A program made the translations under genes and the position numbers. The notes under the pieces are model-generated. The model saw nothing but the letters and a program-made list of their open reading frames with translations. It did not search any database and had not been told where the DNA came from. From positions 256,001 to 320,000 of the forward strand of contig JABCTZ010000032.1 of the NCBI GenBank assembly GCA_018238155.1: a DNA stretch of 64,000 bases. Direction: 5' to 3'. Numbering within the stretch: the stretch's first letter is position 1; every line of letters begins with the position of its first letter. This document shows positions 1 through 10,838 of the stretch, in pieces. Origin of the DNA: Candidatus Heimdallarchaeota archaeon. GTDB lineage: Archaea > Asgardarchaeota > Heimdallarchaeia > JABLTI01.

Positions 1-330
1 TTCTTTCTTACTCATACAATTAGTTCTTTCAGTAATGCACTTCAAGGTATCGAAAAGTGATTTTTTCATTCTAAGATGGAATATTGATTATTTCTAATAT
101 ATCTGTTACTAATCTTGTTGTAATGATATCTAAAGTAGTTTTAACAATAATTTTTATTAGAAGGAAGACGGAACGTATTCAACAGTAATCTTCGCTTCAA
201 TTATTCGCTTTCAAGAATTATATTAGCCTTGAATACCTATATGAATAGTTGAACAAATATCTATTTGGAAATCAAAAAATATAACTCAAGCTCCAAGGCA
301 AAGAGTTAGAATAATAGGAACTGATTAATT

Positions 331-1644
331 ATGAAAAAAGTAGTAGTTTTTGGTGCTGGTTTAGTTTCAAAACCAGGTATTAGATATTTACTTGACAATG
401 AATTTCAGGTGACAGTTGCTTCTCGAACAGTTAGTAAAGCTGAAGCAATTGTAGATAAGCATCCAAATGGTAAAGCTTTGGCATTTGACATTACTAAAGA
501 TTCGCTTGAAGATTCAGGTTTAATCCAAAGTCACGATTTAGCTGTTAGTTTATTACCTTATGCTTTTCATCCTGAAGTTGCGAAAGCATGCATTAAACAT
601 GGAAAACTCATGGCAACCACTTCCTATGTAAGCGACGATATGAAAGCTTTAGATGCAGATGCCAAGAAAGCTGGAATTCTAATTATGAATGAATGTGGTG
701 TTGACCCTGGTACTGATCATATGAGTGCCATGAAGATTATTCATAGTGTTCAAAATAAGGGTGGAAAAGTAGTCAGTTTTAAATCAATAACTGGTGGTCT
801 TCCTGCTCCTGACTCCAATGACAATCCTATGGGTTACAAATTTTCTTGGTCCCCAAAGGGTGTAATTTTAGCTGGAACCAATGCCGCTAAATTCCTTGAA
901 GATGGCAAAGTAGTTGACATTAAAAGTGGTGATCTTTTCAATCATTATTGGCCAATGAACGTTGAAGGAATGGATCTTGAATCGTATCCAAATCGTGATA
1001 GCATGCCCTACATTGATACATATGGTTTGAAAGGTATTCAAACAATGTTTAGAGGTACTTTCCGATATCCAGGTTGGTGTGAAACTCTCCAAGCCTTATT
1101 TGATCTTGGTTTAATGGACAAAGAAGCTCAAGAAGGACTTGAAGGGTTGAATTGGAAACAATTAATGCAAAAAATAATCAACTACAGTGGCGATGATGTA
1201 AAGACGGAAGTAGCTAAAAAACTAGGTAAAGAAGAAGATGCTCTCTGTCTAGACCGCCTTGAATGGATGGGTATGTTTAGTGATACTACAATTGAAAAAG
1301 GTGGCTCCTATTTAGATGTCTTATCTGATTTGTTCTTAAACAAGTTAGGTGGATTCAAACCAGGGGAACGTGATATGATCATCATGCAGCATGAATTCAA
1401 AGTTGAATATCCTGGTGATAAAAAAGAGACAATCGTTTCTACACTCTTAGATTTCGGTATTCCAAATGGTGATTCCTCTATGGCTAGAACAGTATCTTTG
1501 CCAGTAGCAATTGCTGTTAGACTGATGTTGGAAGGAAAAATCACCGGAACAGGTGTGATTATTCCAATTGAACCTGATGTCTACAACCCAATTTTGGATG
1601 AACTTGAAACAATGGATATTGTATTCAAAGAAAAAGTTCTGTAA
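331..1644 (+). CDS. Saccharopine dehydrogenase (Lys9/AASS-SDH type)
   Basis: N-terminal Rossmann GAGLVS; SLLP, TTSYVS, NECGVDPGTDH, GLPAP..NPMGYKFSWSP.GV, YPNRDS, RGTFRYPGW, SSMARTV motifs typical of the family. Confidence 0.92.
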   Translation: MKKVVVFGAGLVSKPGIRYLLDNEFQVTVASRTVSKAEAIVDKHPNGKALAFDITKDSLEDSGLIQSHDLAVSLLPYAFHPEVAKACIKHGKLMATTSYVSDDMKALDADAKKAGILIMNECGVDPGTDHMSAMKIIHSVQNKGGKVVSFKSITGGLPAPDSNDNPMGYKFSWSPKGVILAGTNAAKFLEDGKVVDIKSGDLFNHYWPMNVEGMDLESYPNRDSMPYIDTYGLKGIQTMFRGTFRYPGWCETLQALFDLGLMDKEAQEGLEGLNWKQLMQKIINYSGDDVKTEVAKKLGKEEDALCLDRLEWMGMFSDTTIEKGGSYLDVLSDLFLNKLGGFKPGERDMIIMQHEFKVEYPGDKKETIVSTLLDFGIPNGDSSMARTVSLPVAIAVRLMLEGKITGTGVIIPIEPDVYNPILDELETMDIVFKEKVL

Positions 1645-1658
1645 TAAAAAAACAAATT

Positions 1659-1699
1659 GACCATGGCTTATCCGCTAATGGTCTACAACTCTTTTTTTT
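1659..1699 (+). terminator. Hairpin (GACCAT/ATGGTC) plus T-tract
   Basis: Inverted repeat 15 nt after the stop codon, followed by T8. Confidence 0.5.
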
Positions 1700-1801
1700 C
1701 GTCAATAGATTTAGCTTTTTATCGTTTTTCATAGAATCTCTTCTGTTATCATTAGCAGAGAAAATTTTATTTGGTTCAATGTTTAACCAGAATCGATTGC
1801 A

Positions 1802-2755
1802 ATGTTTGATAAAGTTGAAGCAGCTTATAATCGAATTAAAGAAATCGTTAATAAAACTCCAGTAATGACTTCCTCAACTCTGAATGAACGTCTTAATTGT
1901 TCTTGTTATTTTAAATGTGAGAACTTTCAAAAGATCGGTGCGTTTAAGTTTAGAGGTGCTTTGAATGCTCTTTCAATGTTAACACCTACAGAGAAAAAGA
2001 AAGGTGTCATTACTCATTCCTCTGGAAATCATGCTCAAGCATTGGCGCTTGCTGCAAAATTTGTTGGTGTAAAAGCAGTTATTGTAATGCCTGAAAACGC
2101 TCCCAAAGTTAAAGTTGCTGCTACCAAAGGTTATGGTGCTGAAATTGTTGTTTGTGGATCTAAACCTGGCGACAGAGAAGATGCCGTTATCCCTCTTATA
2201 AAAAAACATTGCTATACTCTAATTCATCCTTCTGATGATCTTCATATAATTCAAGGAGCCGGGACAGCCGCCTATGAACTAATTGATGAAGTAGGTGATT
2301 TAGACTTTGTTTTTGCTCCAATAGGTGGAGGTGGCTTGGTAAGTGGAACTGCAATTGCAACTAAGGGATTATTACCTCATGCAAAAGTAATTGCTGTAGA
2401 ACCTGAAAATGCCGATGATGCTTACAAATCTTTCAAGTCTGGTAAAATTCACCTTTCAATTAATCCCATTACTATTGCTGATGGTCTGAGAACACAATTG
2501 GGTCCAAATACTTTCAAAGTTGTTCGAGAAAAAGTAGAAGAGATTATTTTAGTATCTGAACAAGAAATTCTTAACGCAATGCAATTTTTATGGGAACGGA
2601 TGAAGCTAGTTGTTGAACCTTCTGGCGCAGTATCTCTTGCGGGAGTATTATCTAAGCAAATTGATATTGAAAATAAGGTTGTAGGTATCATAATTTCTGG
2701 CGGTAATATTGATTTAACCAGCTTCTTTGACATTTTACGCCAAAAAATACAGTAA
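1802..2755 (+). CDS. PLP-dependent serine/threonine dehydratase (serine racemase-like)
   Basis: KCENFQKIGAFKFRGA PLP lysine, SSGNHAQ, GGGGL, EPSGA, SGGN. Confidence 0.9.
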   Translation: MFDKVEAAYNRIKEIVNKTPVMTSSTLNERLNCSCYFKCENFQKIGAFKFRGALNALSMLTPTEKKKGVITHSSGNHAQALALAAKFVGVKAVIVMPENAPKVKVAATKGYGAEIVVCGSKPGDREDAVIPLIKKHCYTLIHPSDDLHIIQGAGTAAYELIDEVGDLDFVFAPIGGGGLVSGTAIATKGLLPHAKVIAVEPENADDAYKSFKSGKIHLSINPITIADGLRTQLGPNTFKVVREKVEEIILVSEQEILNAMQFLWERMKLVVEPSGAVSLAGVLSKQIDIENKVVGIIISGGNIDLTSFFDILRQKIQ

Positions 2756-3107
2756 TTTTTTCTTTTTCTCTCTTCTTGATTTTTTGTCGGTTTAACAAAT
2801 TGAATATAAACCCAATGGTTTATATTAGTAAACCTTGCATGTTCACTTACTGAAACCTGTTTCTCAAAGCATTAAGAAATAGCTCTCAAAGCACAACCGT
2901 CAAGGGATAAGGATAGGATGAAAAACAAAAAGGGTTTAGTGAAATGGAGAGACTGAGAAAAGGGCTTTGGATAAGAGAGAAAGAATAATAGGAGACAAAT
3001 AATGATTATTGGTTTGACCCCCAATACCTCTCCTATTTTCTTCTAATTTTATAAGGTCGATTTTTTTATGATAGTTAGTTTTTTGTATTTGTTAGAGTAA
3101 ATAATAT

Positions 3108-3884
3108 TTGAGAACAATGTCTACAACAGAAACAATCGTGACACAGCTATTAGAAGAAATTAAAAAAATACCGAAAAATAAAAATCAGTTACAAATAGTT
3201 GCTTTAACAGGTTCTGGGATTTCAAAAGGATCTGGTATACCAACATTTCGTGGTAAAGATGGTTTGTGGAAGAATTATAATGCTATGGACTTGGCTACAC
3301 CTCAAGCTTTCAAAAGAAATCCGCAATTAGTGTGGGAGTGGTATGCTTGGAGAATTGGTCTTATACTAGATAAAGAACCAAACCCGGCACATTATTCTCT
3401 TACAAAATTAGAAGAAGCCAGGTTACTAAAATGGTTAATTACTCAAAATGTTGACTCTCTTCATTATCGTGCTGACTCGAAAAACATTATAGAAGTTCAT
3501 GGAAATATTTTTCGTGCTAAGTGTGAAAAATGTGGCGTGAAGATAATGTTGGATAAAGCTCCAACTGAACCACCAATGTGCGCTTGTGGCAATATGCTTC
3601 GACCTGATGTTGTTTGGTTTGGGGAGTCGTTGGACCAAGTAATTATAACCAAAGCTTATGAAGTTATCAGTAATGAATGTGATATTTTGTTAGTTATCGG
3701 TACAAGTGGTCTAGTTTATCCTGTTGCTGATTTTCCCTTTATTGCAAAAGATCGCGGAGCATTTATCATTGAATTTAATCTAGATGACACGCCAATTTCT
3801 CATATAGCTGATTTCGTAATTCACGGAAAGTCTGAAGAAACTTTGGCAAAATTTGTAGATGAATTACTTGAGATTATCGATTAA
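3108..3884 (+). CDS. cobB: NAD-dependent protein deacylase (Sir2/CobB, class III)
   Basis: GSGISKGSGIPTFRG, TQNVD.LH, HG, Zn cysteines, RPDVVWFGE, GTS; likely start at ATG 3117. Confidence 0.93.
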   Translation: MRTMSTTETIVTQLLEEIKKIPKNKNQLQIVALTGSGISKGSGIPTFRGKDGLWKNYNAMDLATPQAFKRNPQLVWEWYAWRIGLILDKEPNPAHYSLTKLEEARLLKWLITQNVDSLHYRADSKNIIEVHGNIFRAKCEKCGVKIMLDKAPTEPPMCACGNMLRPDVVWFGESLDQVIITKAYEVISNECDILLVIGTSGLVYPVADFPFIAKDRGAFIIEFNLDDTPISHIADFVIHGKSEETLAKFVDELLEIID

Positions 3885-3926
3885 ACGCCTAACATTTATA
3901 GGTGTTGTAGTATTATGAAATAAAGG

Positions 3927-4856
3927 TTGAATCCAATGAAGAAATGGCTTAAAATAACTCTTACTATAAGCATAATTGTTTTGGTAGTTTCAGGTGCACT
4001 AGTCGTTTTTGTAATTATTCCAGTTGTTGGTAAGAATACCATGCTTCATCCTGCTCATGAACTCATGACTTACTATCCCAACGAATTGGAAATGACCTAT
4101 TCAAATGTCACTATTCCAACCTCCGATGGGCTGGATTTGAAAGGTTGGTACATTGATCCTCAGGACCTAAATGATCCAAACTCAAATATAACACTAATAG
4201 TTTTGCATGGTGCAACTCATTCGAAATCTTGGATGCTTGAGCATTATGGTGAAGGGTTTTATAATCAAGGATATAGAATGCTTTTCTTTGACTCACGAAA
4301 TCGTGGTGAATCTCCTGATACTGAACTTGGTTTAACATGGGGATTAGATGAAGTAAAGGACATTCGAGCTGCAGTCGATTATGTTAAAAATCAACCTGAG
4401 GTAAATGATTCTCAAGTAGTAATCTTTGCAGAAAGTCAAGGTGCAGCAACACTCCTTTTTTATGCTGCTGAATACAATGATGTAGCTGCAATAATTGCTG
4501 ATTCTTCTTGGGCTTTTGGTGATTTAATGATCAAAAGAGCATATCCCATGCGCTCTGGTTTCTCATGGGCAATTTTCGGTCAAATCACAATTGCTATGAT
4601 GGAAAAACATTATGGTTTTACATTCGCGGATATATCACCTGCAAATGTATGTGTAAATATTACTATTCCCACTTACATCATTCACGGAAAAGATGATTTG
4701 GATATTGATCCCGAAGATTCCCTAACAATATATACTGCTTTAATTAATTCAATTTCGAGAACGCTTTGGCGGGTTAATGGCAGGGGACATGTTGAAGCTT
4801 ACCTGGAATCAGATTATTTCACAAGGTTCAATCAATTTCTTATTGATTATATTTAG
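3927..4856 (+). CDS. Membrane-anchored alpha/beta hydrolase
   Basis: N-terminal TM helix; LHG, FDSRNRGES, nucleophile elbow AESQG, HGKDD, GH triad motifs. Confidence 0.85.
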   Translation: MNPMKKWLKITLTISIIVLVVSGALVVFVIIPVVGKNTMLHPAHELMTYYPNELEMTYSNVTIPTSDGLDLKGWYIDPQDLNDPNSNITLIVLHGATHSKSWMLEHYGEGFYNQGYRMLFFDSRNRGESPDTELGLTWGLDEVKDIRAAVDYVKNQPEVNDSQVVIFAESQGAATLLFYAAEYNDVAAIIADSSWAFGDLMIKRAYPMRSGFSWAIFGQITIAMMEKHYGFTFADISPANVCVNITIPTYIIHGKDDLDIDPEDSLTIYTALINSISRTLWRVNGRGHVEAYLESDYFTRFNQFLIDYI

Positions 4857-4884
4857 GAAAAAAATCATTGAAATTCTTTCCTAA

Positions 4885-5436
4885 TTATTTTTTCTTTTCT
4901 ATCCATTCATCTCTTAATAGGTCCATATATACTACATCATGATATTTACCATTTACAAAATGAGCTTGTCTATGTCGACCAACTTCAGTAAAACCAATTT
5001 TAGTATATGATTTGATGGCTCGAGTATTGAAGTCATAAACTCTTAAATATATTCGATGAAGGTTTAAGTAGTCAAAGCCTACTTTTATCATAACTCTCAT
5101 TGCATCTGTACCAAAACCTTTTCCCCAATTTTTTTCAGCATGAATAGTAATGCCTATTTCTGCAGAACGATTAACATTATCAACGTCCATAAGACCCACA
5201 GAACCAAGAAATTTTTTCGTTTCCTTGTCATCTATAGCGAATTGGAATTCTTTTCCAGCACGACGTCTTTCCCATGTTCCTCGGATCCATTTTTCTTCTT
5301 CCTCTCGAGAGAATGGCATTGGAGTTGCAAGAAATTCTCTCATTTTCAAATTGTTCCAATTTTTCATAATTTCATCTAAATCTGAAAGCTCTACAGAACG
5401 TAGAATTACTTTTTCTCCTTCAAACATTTTATTCAC
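4885..5436 (-). CDS. GNAT acetyltransferase, RimJ/RimL family
   Basis: WGKGFGTDAM acetyl-CoA motif, N.RAIKSY.KIGF. Confidence 0.9.
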   Translation of the reverse strand: MNKMFEGEKVILRSVELSDLDEIMKNWNNLKMREFLATPMPFSREEEEKWIRGTWERRRAGKEFQFAIDDKETKKFLGSVGLMDVDNVNRSAEIGITIHAEKNWGKGFGTDAMRVMIKVGFDYLNLHRIYLRVYDFNTRAIKSYTKIGFTEVGRHRQAHFVNGKYHDVVYMDLLRDEWIEKKK

Positions 5437-5650
5437 CTAATACTAATTTTTATTCACTCTATATTCTTAATAAGATAATTGGCAAAAATTGTTGAGATAT
5501 ATGAATTGGAATTTATTGTTCAAGCTTTTTACTTCTGAAATAGCTTTAAGATAAATAAATACATTCACTATTTTAGTCAAAACTTTGAATTATCTCGTGA
5601 TTTATACAAAATTTAGTAAAAATTAAATTCTCATCTTATATTTATAACTC

Positions 5651-6652
5651 ATGCTAGATTTTAACCTTGATTCAGTTACTCGAGAGAGATTTTGTTTATT
5701 ACCGACACCAATTCACAAAATGCAAAGACTTAGTGAAGAACTAGGTAAAGTAAATATTTTCGTTAAAAGAGATGATTTGACTGGAATTGCTTTTGGTGGA
5801 AACAAAAATCGAAAATTAGAATTTTTACTTGCTGATGCGAAAGCGAAAGGGGCGGATGTAATCCTAACTGAAGGAGCTTTAACTTCTAATCATTGTTTAC
5901 AAACAGCGGCATGTTCAGCTAAACTAGGTATGAAATGTGAGCTTGTTCTTTCAGATGCTGCCTCTGGAGAAAAGATTACTGGAAATATTCTGTTAAATCA
6001 AATATTGGACATTCAGATCCATCGTGTTTCATCAAGTGAAGAACGAAAATCGAAAATGAAAGAACGAGCAAAAATTCTTTCCTCAGAGGGGAAAATGCCT
6101 TACATTATTCCTACAGGTGGATCTAATAGAATCGGTATCTTTGGTTATATTGCTTGCATGAAAGAAATTGCTGTTCAATCAAAAGAAATGAACATTCAAT
6201 TTGATTATTTTGTTTTTGGTACTGGAAGTGCAGGAACTCAAGCAGGTCTAGTTGCTGGAAAATTATTATATTATCCTGATATTGAAATAATTGGTATAAA
6301 TGTTGGAGATAATAGAGAAGAAATAATTTCTGCAACAATGGAAATCATTGAACAATTTGAGGAAGATTGGTCATTGCAAGTTGGACTCAAAGATTTAGAT
6401 ATTATTGTTAATGATGGTTATTTTGGAGAAGGGTATGGAATAGCATCACCTGAGTTAGTTGAAACACTAAAATTAGTAGCCAAGCTCGAAGGAATTTTCC
6501 TTGATCCCGTATATAATGGAAAAGCAATGGTGGGTTTGATTGACTTAATTCATACTGGGAAAATTCAACAAGAATCGAATGTTCTCTTTCTTCATTCTGG
6601 AGGAGGACCGGCTATATTTGCATTTGATGACGTATTTGGGAAGAAATTATAA
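5651..6652 (+). CDS. D-cysteine desulfhydrase / ACC deaminase family PLP enzyme
   Basis: KRDDLTG.AFGGNKNRKLEF, SNH, GS.GTQAG, LDPVY.GKA. Confidence 0.92.
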   Translation: MLDFNLDSVTRERFCLLPTPIHKMQRLSEELGKVNIFVKRDDLTGIAFGGNKNRKLEFLLADAKAKGADVILTEGALTSNHCLQTAACSAKLGMKCELVLSDAASGEKITGNILLNQILDIQIHRVSSSEERKSKMKERAKILSSEGKMPYIIPTGGSNRIGIFGYIACMKEIAVQSKEMNIQFDYFVFGTGSAGTQAGLVAGKLLYYPDIEIIGINVGDNREEIISATMEIIEQFEEDWSLQVGLKDLDIIVNDGYFGEGYGIASPELVETLKLVAKLEGIFLDPVYNGKAMVGLIDLIHTGKIQQESNVLFLHSGGGPAIFAFDDVFGKKL

Positions 6653-6828
6653 ATAACTTAAATGTCAAAAAAAGCATTGGGTTTAGTTTTATATAGTTTC
6701 TTTCTTTTTTTTTCTTTCTTCTTAATGCTTTTTCTAACTAAAATTTAATATTATAAATAACGGTATTCATATTGCATTGTAGCATTATCAATTATATAGA
6801 CTAAAATGTAATACTAGGTGAAACAACA

Positions 6829-7053
6829 ATGGGCAAAAATACAAATGTAACATTCAAGGTTAGTGGTATGAGTTGCAATGGCTGTTCAGCTTCCATTGGA
6901 CGGGCTGTAACCCGATTAGATGGTGTTGAAGAAGCTCAAGCAGATTTTTCAAAAGGAATTGCTGAAGTTAAATTTAACGAAAAAGATATCGCTAAAGAAA
7001 AAATAATTGAAACAATACACAATCTTGGTTTCAAGGTTGAAGGTGAATTATAA
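6829..7053 (+). CDS. copZ: Copper chaperone (HMA domain)
   Basis: GMSCNGC motif, 74 aa, directly upstream of a P1B ATPase. Confidence 0.9.
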   Translation: MGKNTNVTFKVSGMSCNGCSASIGRAVTRLDGVEEAQADFSKGIAEVKFNEKDIAKEKIIETIHNLGFKVEGEL

Positions 7054-7066
7054 CTTAATTTTGTAG

Positions 7067-9547
7067 GTGATACTTGTGACAGAAATAGATGATAATCAAC
7101 AAACTAAAAAAACAGTCAAAATAGGAATCACAGGTATGACTTGCGCTGCATGTAGTAGTGCTGTCGAACGATCTCTGGGGAAAACAGCTGGTGTAGATAA
7201 CGCAATAGTTAGTTTAGCAACAAATGATGCATCAATTTCCTATAATCCTAACATAGTTTCTGAAACAGATCTTATTGAAGCTATTGAGGGAATCGGTTAT
7301 GGTGTTCGATTAGAAAAAGTTGAAATAATTATTAATGGAATGACTTGTGCTTCTTGCTCTGCGAATGTTGAGAAAGCTCTCAAAAAAGTTAATGGTGTAA
7401 TAACTGCAGCAGCTAATCTCACAACAAGAAAAGCAGTAGTTGAATTCAACCCCGCACTTACAAACATAACTTTTCTTGAAAAAGCAATCAACGATGTAGG
7501 TTATGAGGTAGAGAAATCCTTAGAAGAGGATGCACTTACGTTGAGACGTAGACTGGAACGTGAAGAGAAATTACATTATCGTAATCGACTCATTTTTGGT
7601 GTTATTTTTACAACACCTTTAATGGTTTTCATGTTTATTGATCTTGCAATTGATGGATTCATGATGCTTGATTGGGTTCGCTATACAATGTTAGCATTAG
7701 CTACTCCTGTTTACTTGTATGTTGGTTGGCCTTTCTTTAAAAGTGCATTCAAAGTGGTTACCCACTTCACATCAAATATGGATGTATTGGTTACACTTGG
7801 TAGTAGTGCCGCATTTATCTATAGTATCATTTCCTTAGTTATTGGTGGACCATTATATTTCGAATCTGCAGCTTTCATCTTAACTGCATTAGTAGTTGGA
7901 AAATTCCTTGAAGCCGTTGCAAAAGGAAGAACTTCAGACTCAATAACTAAACTTCTTGGGTTACAAGCCAAAACTGCTAGAATAATCCATGATGGAGAAG
8001 AAATGGACATACCAATAGAGAGTGTCATTGTTGATGATATTGTTATTGTCCGTCCTGGAGAAAAAGTGCCTGTAGACGGCATAATTATTGAAGGCAATAC
8101 TGCCATAGATGAATCAATGCTTACTGGAGAAAGTATGTTAGTAGATAAAAAACCAGGTGATCTGGTAATTGGAGCAACTATCAATAAAAACGGTTTTATT
8201 AAATTTAAGGCGGATAAAATTGGTTCTGATACTGTATTATCTCAAATTATTAAATCTGTAGAGGATGCTCAAGGTAGTAAAGCTCCTGTTCAAAGATTAG
8301 CTGACAAAGTTTCAGCTTACTTCGTTCCAGCAGTAATAGTGATTGCTTTTACCACATTAACAATATGGTTAGTTGGAGGAGGTCTTTTTGGATTTACTCC
8401 CATTCTTCCCATAATAACTCAAAGTTGGTATACACATGCTATACTAAATACTGTTGCTGTTTTGGTTATTGCTTGTCCATGTGCTCTTGGATTAGCGACT
8501 CCAACCGGAATAATGGTTGGTTCTGGTAAAGGAGCTGAACTAGGTATTCTTTTCAAGAACGCAGAATCACTTGAACGAACTCAAGAATTAGATACTGTGA
8601 TATTTGATAAAACTGGCACTTTAACAAAAGGCACCCCTGAAGTCACAGATATAATCTCTCTACAAAGCTCTTTCTCTGAGGAAGAAATGATTCGTTTATC
8701 AGCAAGTGCCGAAAAAGGTTCAGAACACTCCTTGGGCGAATCTATTGTTCGTGGTGCTATCATGAGAAATCAAACTCTTCTTGATCCATCAGAATTCAAG
8801 GCTATTCCAGGTAAAGGAATAATCGCAAAAGTAGACACAAAGGAAATAGTTCTTGGCAATATTGCTCTAATGACAGAGCAGTCTATAAATGTTCAAGATT
8901 CAACTCTCACTGAAATTGAAAGATTACAAAAACAAGGTAAAACTGTAATGCTTGTTGTAATAAATGGACAGCTATCTGGTTTAATTGCAGTTGCAGATAC
9001 TATCAAAGAATCTTCAAGAAAAGCTGTACAAATGCTAACTGCTCTTGGAATAAAAGTGGTTATGCTAACTGGTGATAATGAGCGAACTGCTCAAGCTATC
9101 GCAAAAGAAGCCGGTATAAACGAAATTTTTGCTGAGGTTTTACCAGAAGAAAAAGCTAACAAAGTAAAAGAATTGCAAGCTGTCGGTCGCATTGTTGGAA
9201 TGGTTGGCGATGGAACTAATGACGCTCCTGCTTTAGCTCAAGCGGATATTGGTTTTGCTGTTGCATCTGGAACTGATGTTTCAATTGAAACTTCTTCTGT
9301 TACTCTTATGAGGAATGATCTAACTCAAGTAATAGATGCTATTGAATTAAGTAAAGCTACTTTAAAAATCATTAAAGGAAATCTTCTTTGGGCTTTCTTA
9401 TTCAATATTATCGCAATACCTGTTGCAGCAATTGGTATTCTCAACCCAATGATAGCTGCAGGTGCAATGGCATTTAGCTCTGTTTTTGTTGTAACAAATT
9501 CATTGCGCTTGAAACTTTTTAAGCCTAAGCTTAGTAACAATAACTAG
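7067..9547 (+). CDS. copA: Copper-translocating P1B-type ATPase
   Basis: Two GMTCxxC HMA domains, TGES, CPCALGLATP, DKTGTLT, GDGTNDAPAL, MAFSS. Confidence 0.95.
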   Translation: MILVTEIDDNQQTKKTVKIGITGMTCAACSSAVERSLGKTAGVDNAIVSLATNDASISYNPNIVSETDLIEAIEGIGYGVRLEKVEIIINGMTCASCSANVEKALKKVNGVITAAANLTTRKAVVEFNPALTNITFLEKAINDVGYEVEKSLEEDALTLRRRLEREEKLHYRNRLIFGVIFTTPLMVFMFIDLAIDGFMMLDWVRYTMLALATPVYLYVGWPFFKSAFKVVTHFTSNMDVLVTLGSSAAFIYSIISLVIGGPLYFESAAFILTALVVGKFLEAVAKGRTSDSITKLLGLQAKTARIIHDGEEMDIPIESVIVDDIVIVRPGEKVPVDGIIIEGNTAIDESMLTGESMLVDKKPGDLVIGATINKNGFIKFKADKIGSDTVLSQIIKSVEDAQGSKAPVQRLADKVSAYFVPAVIVIAFTTLTIWLVGGGLFGFTPILPIITQSWYTHAILNTVAVLVIACPCALGLATPTGIMVGSGKGAELGILFKNAESLERTQELDTVIFDKTGTLTKGTPEVTDIISLQSSFSEEEMIRLSASAEKGSEHSLGESIVRGAIMRNQTLLDPSEFKAIPGKGIIAKVDTKEIVLGNIALMTEQSINVQDSTLTEIERLQKQGKTVMLVVINGQLSGLIAVADTIKESSRKAVQMLTALGIKVVMLTGDNERTAQAIAKEAGINEIFAEVLPEEKANKVKELQAVGRIVGMVGDGTNDAPALAQADIGFAVASGTDVSIETSSVTLMRNDLTQVIDAIELSKATLKIIKGNLLWAFLFNIIAIPVAAIGILNPMIAAGAMAFSSVFVVTNSLRLKLFKPKLSNNN

Positions 9548-9602
9548 AAAGATATTGCCATTTTTTACTCTCATTGTTGTATAGTAAATCTTTATTTAGT
9601 AA

Positions 9603-10838
9603 ATGATATTATCTTTCTTTATAGAAAGGAAAGTAGACACCTTTCAAAAATATAAACTAAAAAATGTAGGCGTGAAATCATTGAGTGATCAAGGTAAACA
9701 TTCCTTAGTTAAAACACTTCAGTGCTCTACTTGTGGAGCACCCATGAAACCTTCAGCGGAATCTATTATTACTATCTGCAATTTCTGTGGAGATATTACC
9801 GCTGAAAGTCCTGTTAGTCCTCACATAATTGTTAAACCCTTACCTTTGCAACCTCCTGAAGGTGTTGATGACATCCGGAAGATGGAATTAATTTTAGTAC
9901 CATTTTTTGAAGTACAAGCACAAATTGATGTTGATGCTAAAGGATACCAAAGACGGGAAAGGACTGAATCGAAAACCGTACGACGTGGTGGTGAAACACA
10001 CACAGAAACCAAAACGATTATAGAATATCGTCCTTGGAGAATAACTCACCACGGAACTCAAGCAGTGAGATTTTTAGCTAGACAAGAATTTACTATGTTT
10101 GGTGCTGGAGAATTAATATCTAATGTTTCTAAATCATTAGGTGGAGAACCAATGCCATTTAATTCTACGTTTATTAAAAAACTTGCAAGTGAAGACTCAA
10201 GCCGCTCCTTAGAAGCTCTAAGTCCTGAATGGGGACAAGATGAAGCAGGTAAAAAAGCGGGAGAAGTTGTTTACGAAGCTGCTTATGCTCGAGCGAAATC
10301 CGAAATGCATGAAGTTTTTGATACTCATGTTAACTTCAAACCCTTATCCAAACCAGCATTATTACATCAACCTCTTCTACTAATTAGAAGAAAAATACAA
10401 GGTAGATCTTATCGTGCTGCTTATCATTGGGGTTCAGGAAAATTGCTTCGAGAAGAACAACCAATCAAGAATCGACGTTTAATGGTGTTCTTTGCAATTT
10501 TGTGCTTTCTAGCTACACCAGTCTTTGCACAGTTAGGATATAATTTCTATTTCAATTCTGGTGAAGAAATATGGGCTTTGATTGTCTTTGGAGTATTAGC
10601 TCTTGCAGGAATAATTGGCGCAATTTTGTTGCTCATTAGGTCATACAAACCGCACAAAATAAAATCTAGTGGTGCTAAAGTTTCATTATTTGACTTTCAA
10701 AAAGTAACTGTTAATCAACCACCTCAACCAACGACTAGCGGAACTGGTAAAAAAGCCGGCTTTTGCACAAAATGTGGTGACCCACTTGAACCGAATCAAA
10801 AATTCTGTGAAAAATGTGGGCATACCGTAGGGAGTTGA
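9603..10838 (+). CDS. Zinc-ribbon membrane protein (N-terminal Zn ribbon, 2 TM, C-terminal double zinc ribbon)
   Basis: CSTC..CNFC at the N-terminus, two hydrophobic helices, CTKC..CEKC at the C-terminus; true start probably near 9681. Confidence 0.7.
   Translation: MILSFFIERKVDTFQKYKLKNVGVKSLSDQGKHSLVKTLQCSTCGAPMKPSAESIITICNFCGDITAESPVSPHIIVKPLPLQPPEGVDDIRKMELILVPFFEVQAQIDVDAKGYQRRERTESKTVRRGGETHTETKTIIEYRPWRITHHGTQAVRFLARQEFTMFGAGELISNVSKSLGGEPMPFNSTFIKKLASEDSSRSLEALSPEWGQDEAGKKAGEVVYEAAYARAKSEMHEVFDTHVNFKPLSKPALLHQPLLLIRRKIQGRSYRAAYHWGSGKLLREEQPIKNRRLMVFFAILCFLATPVFAQLGYNFYFNSGEEIWALIVFGVLALAGIIGAILLLIRSYKPHKIKSSGAKVSLFDFQKVTVNQPPQPTTSGTGKKAGFCTKCGDPLEPNQKFCEKCGHTVGS

Noticed and set aside
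1-15. Possible minus-strand gene start (MSKKE) running off the left edge
   Set aside because: Only five codons are visible, which cannot support a call.
160-200. Imperfect hairpin upstream of saccharopine dehydrogenase considered as a lysine riboswitch or SECIS
   Set aside because: Too short, lacks the conserved motifs of either element, and no selenoprotein is nearby.
9385-9410. CopA TM motif reads FN rather than the usual YN
   Set aside because: All other Cu(I)-ATPase signatures are intact; a single conservative change does not justify claiming new specificity.
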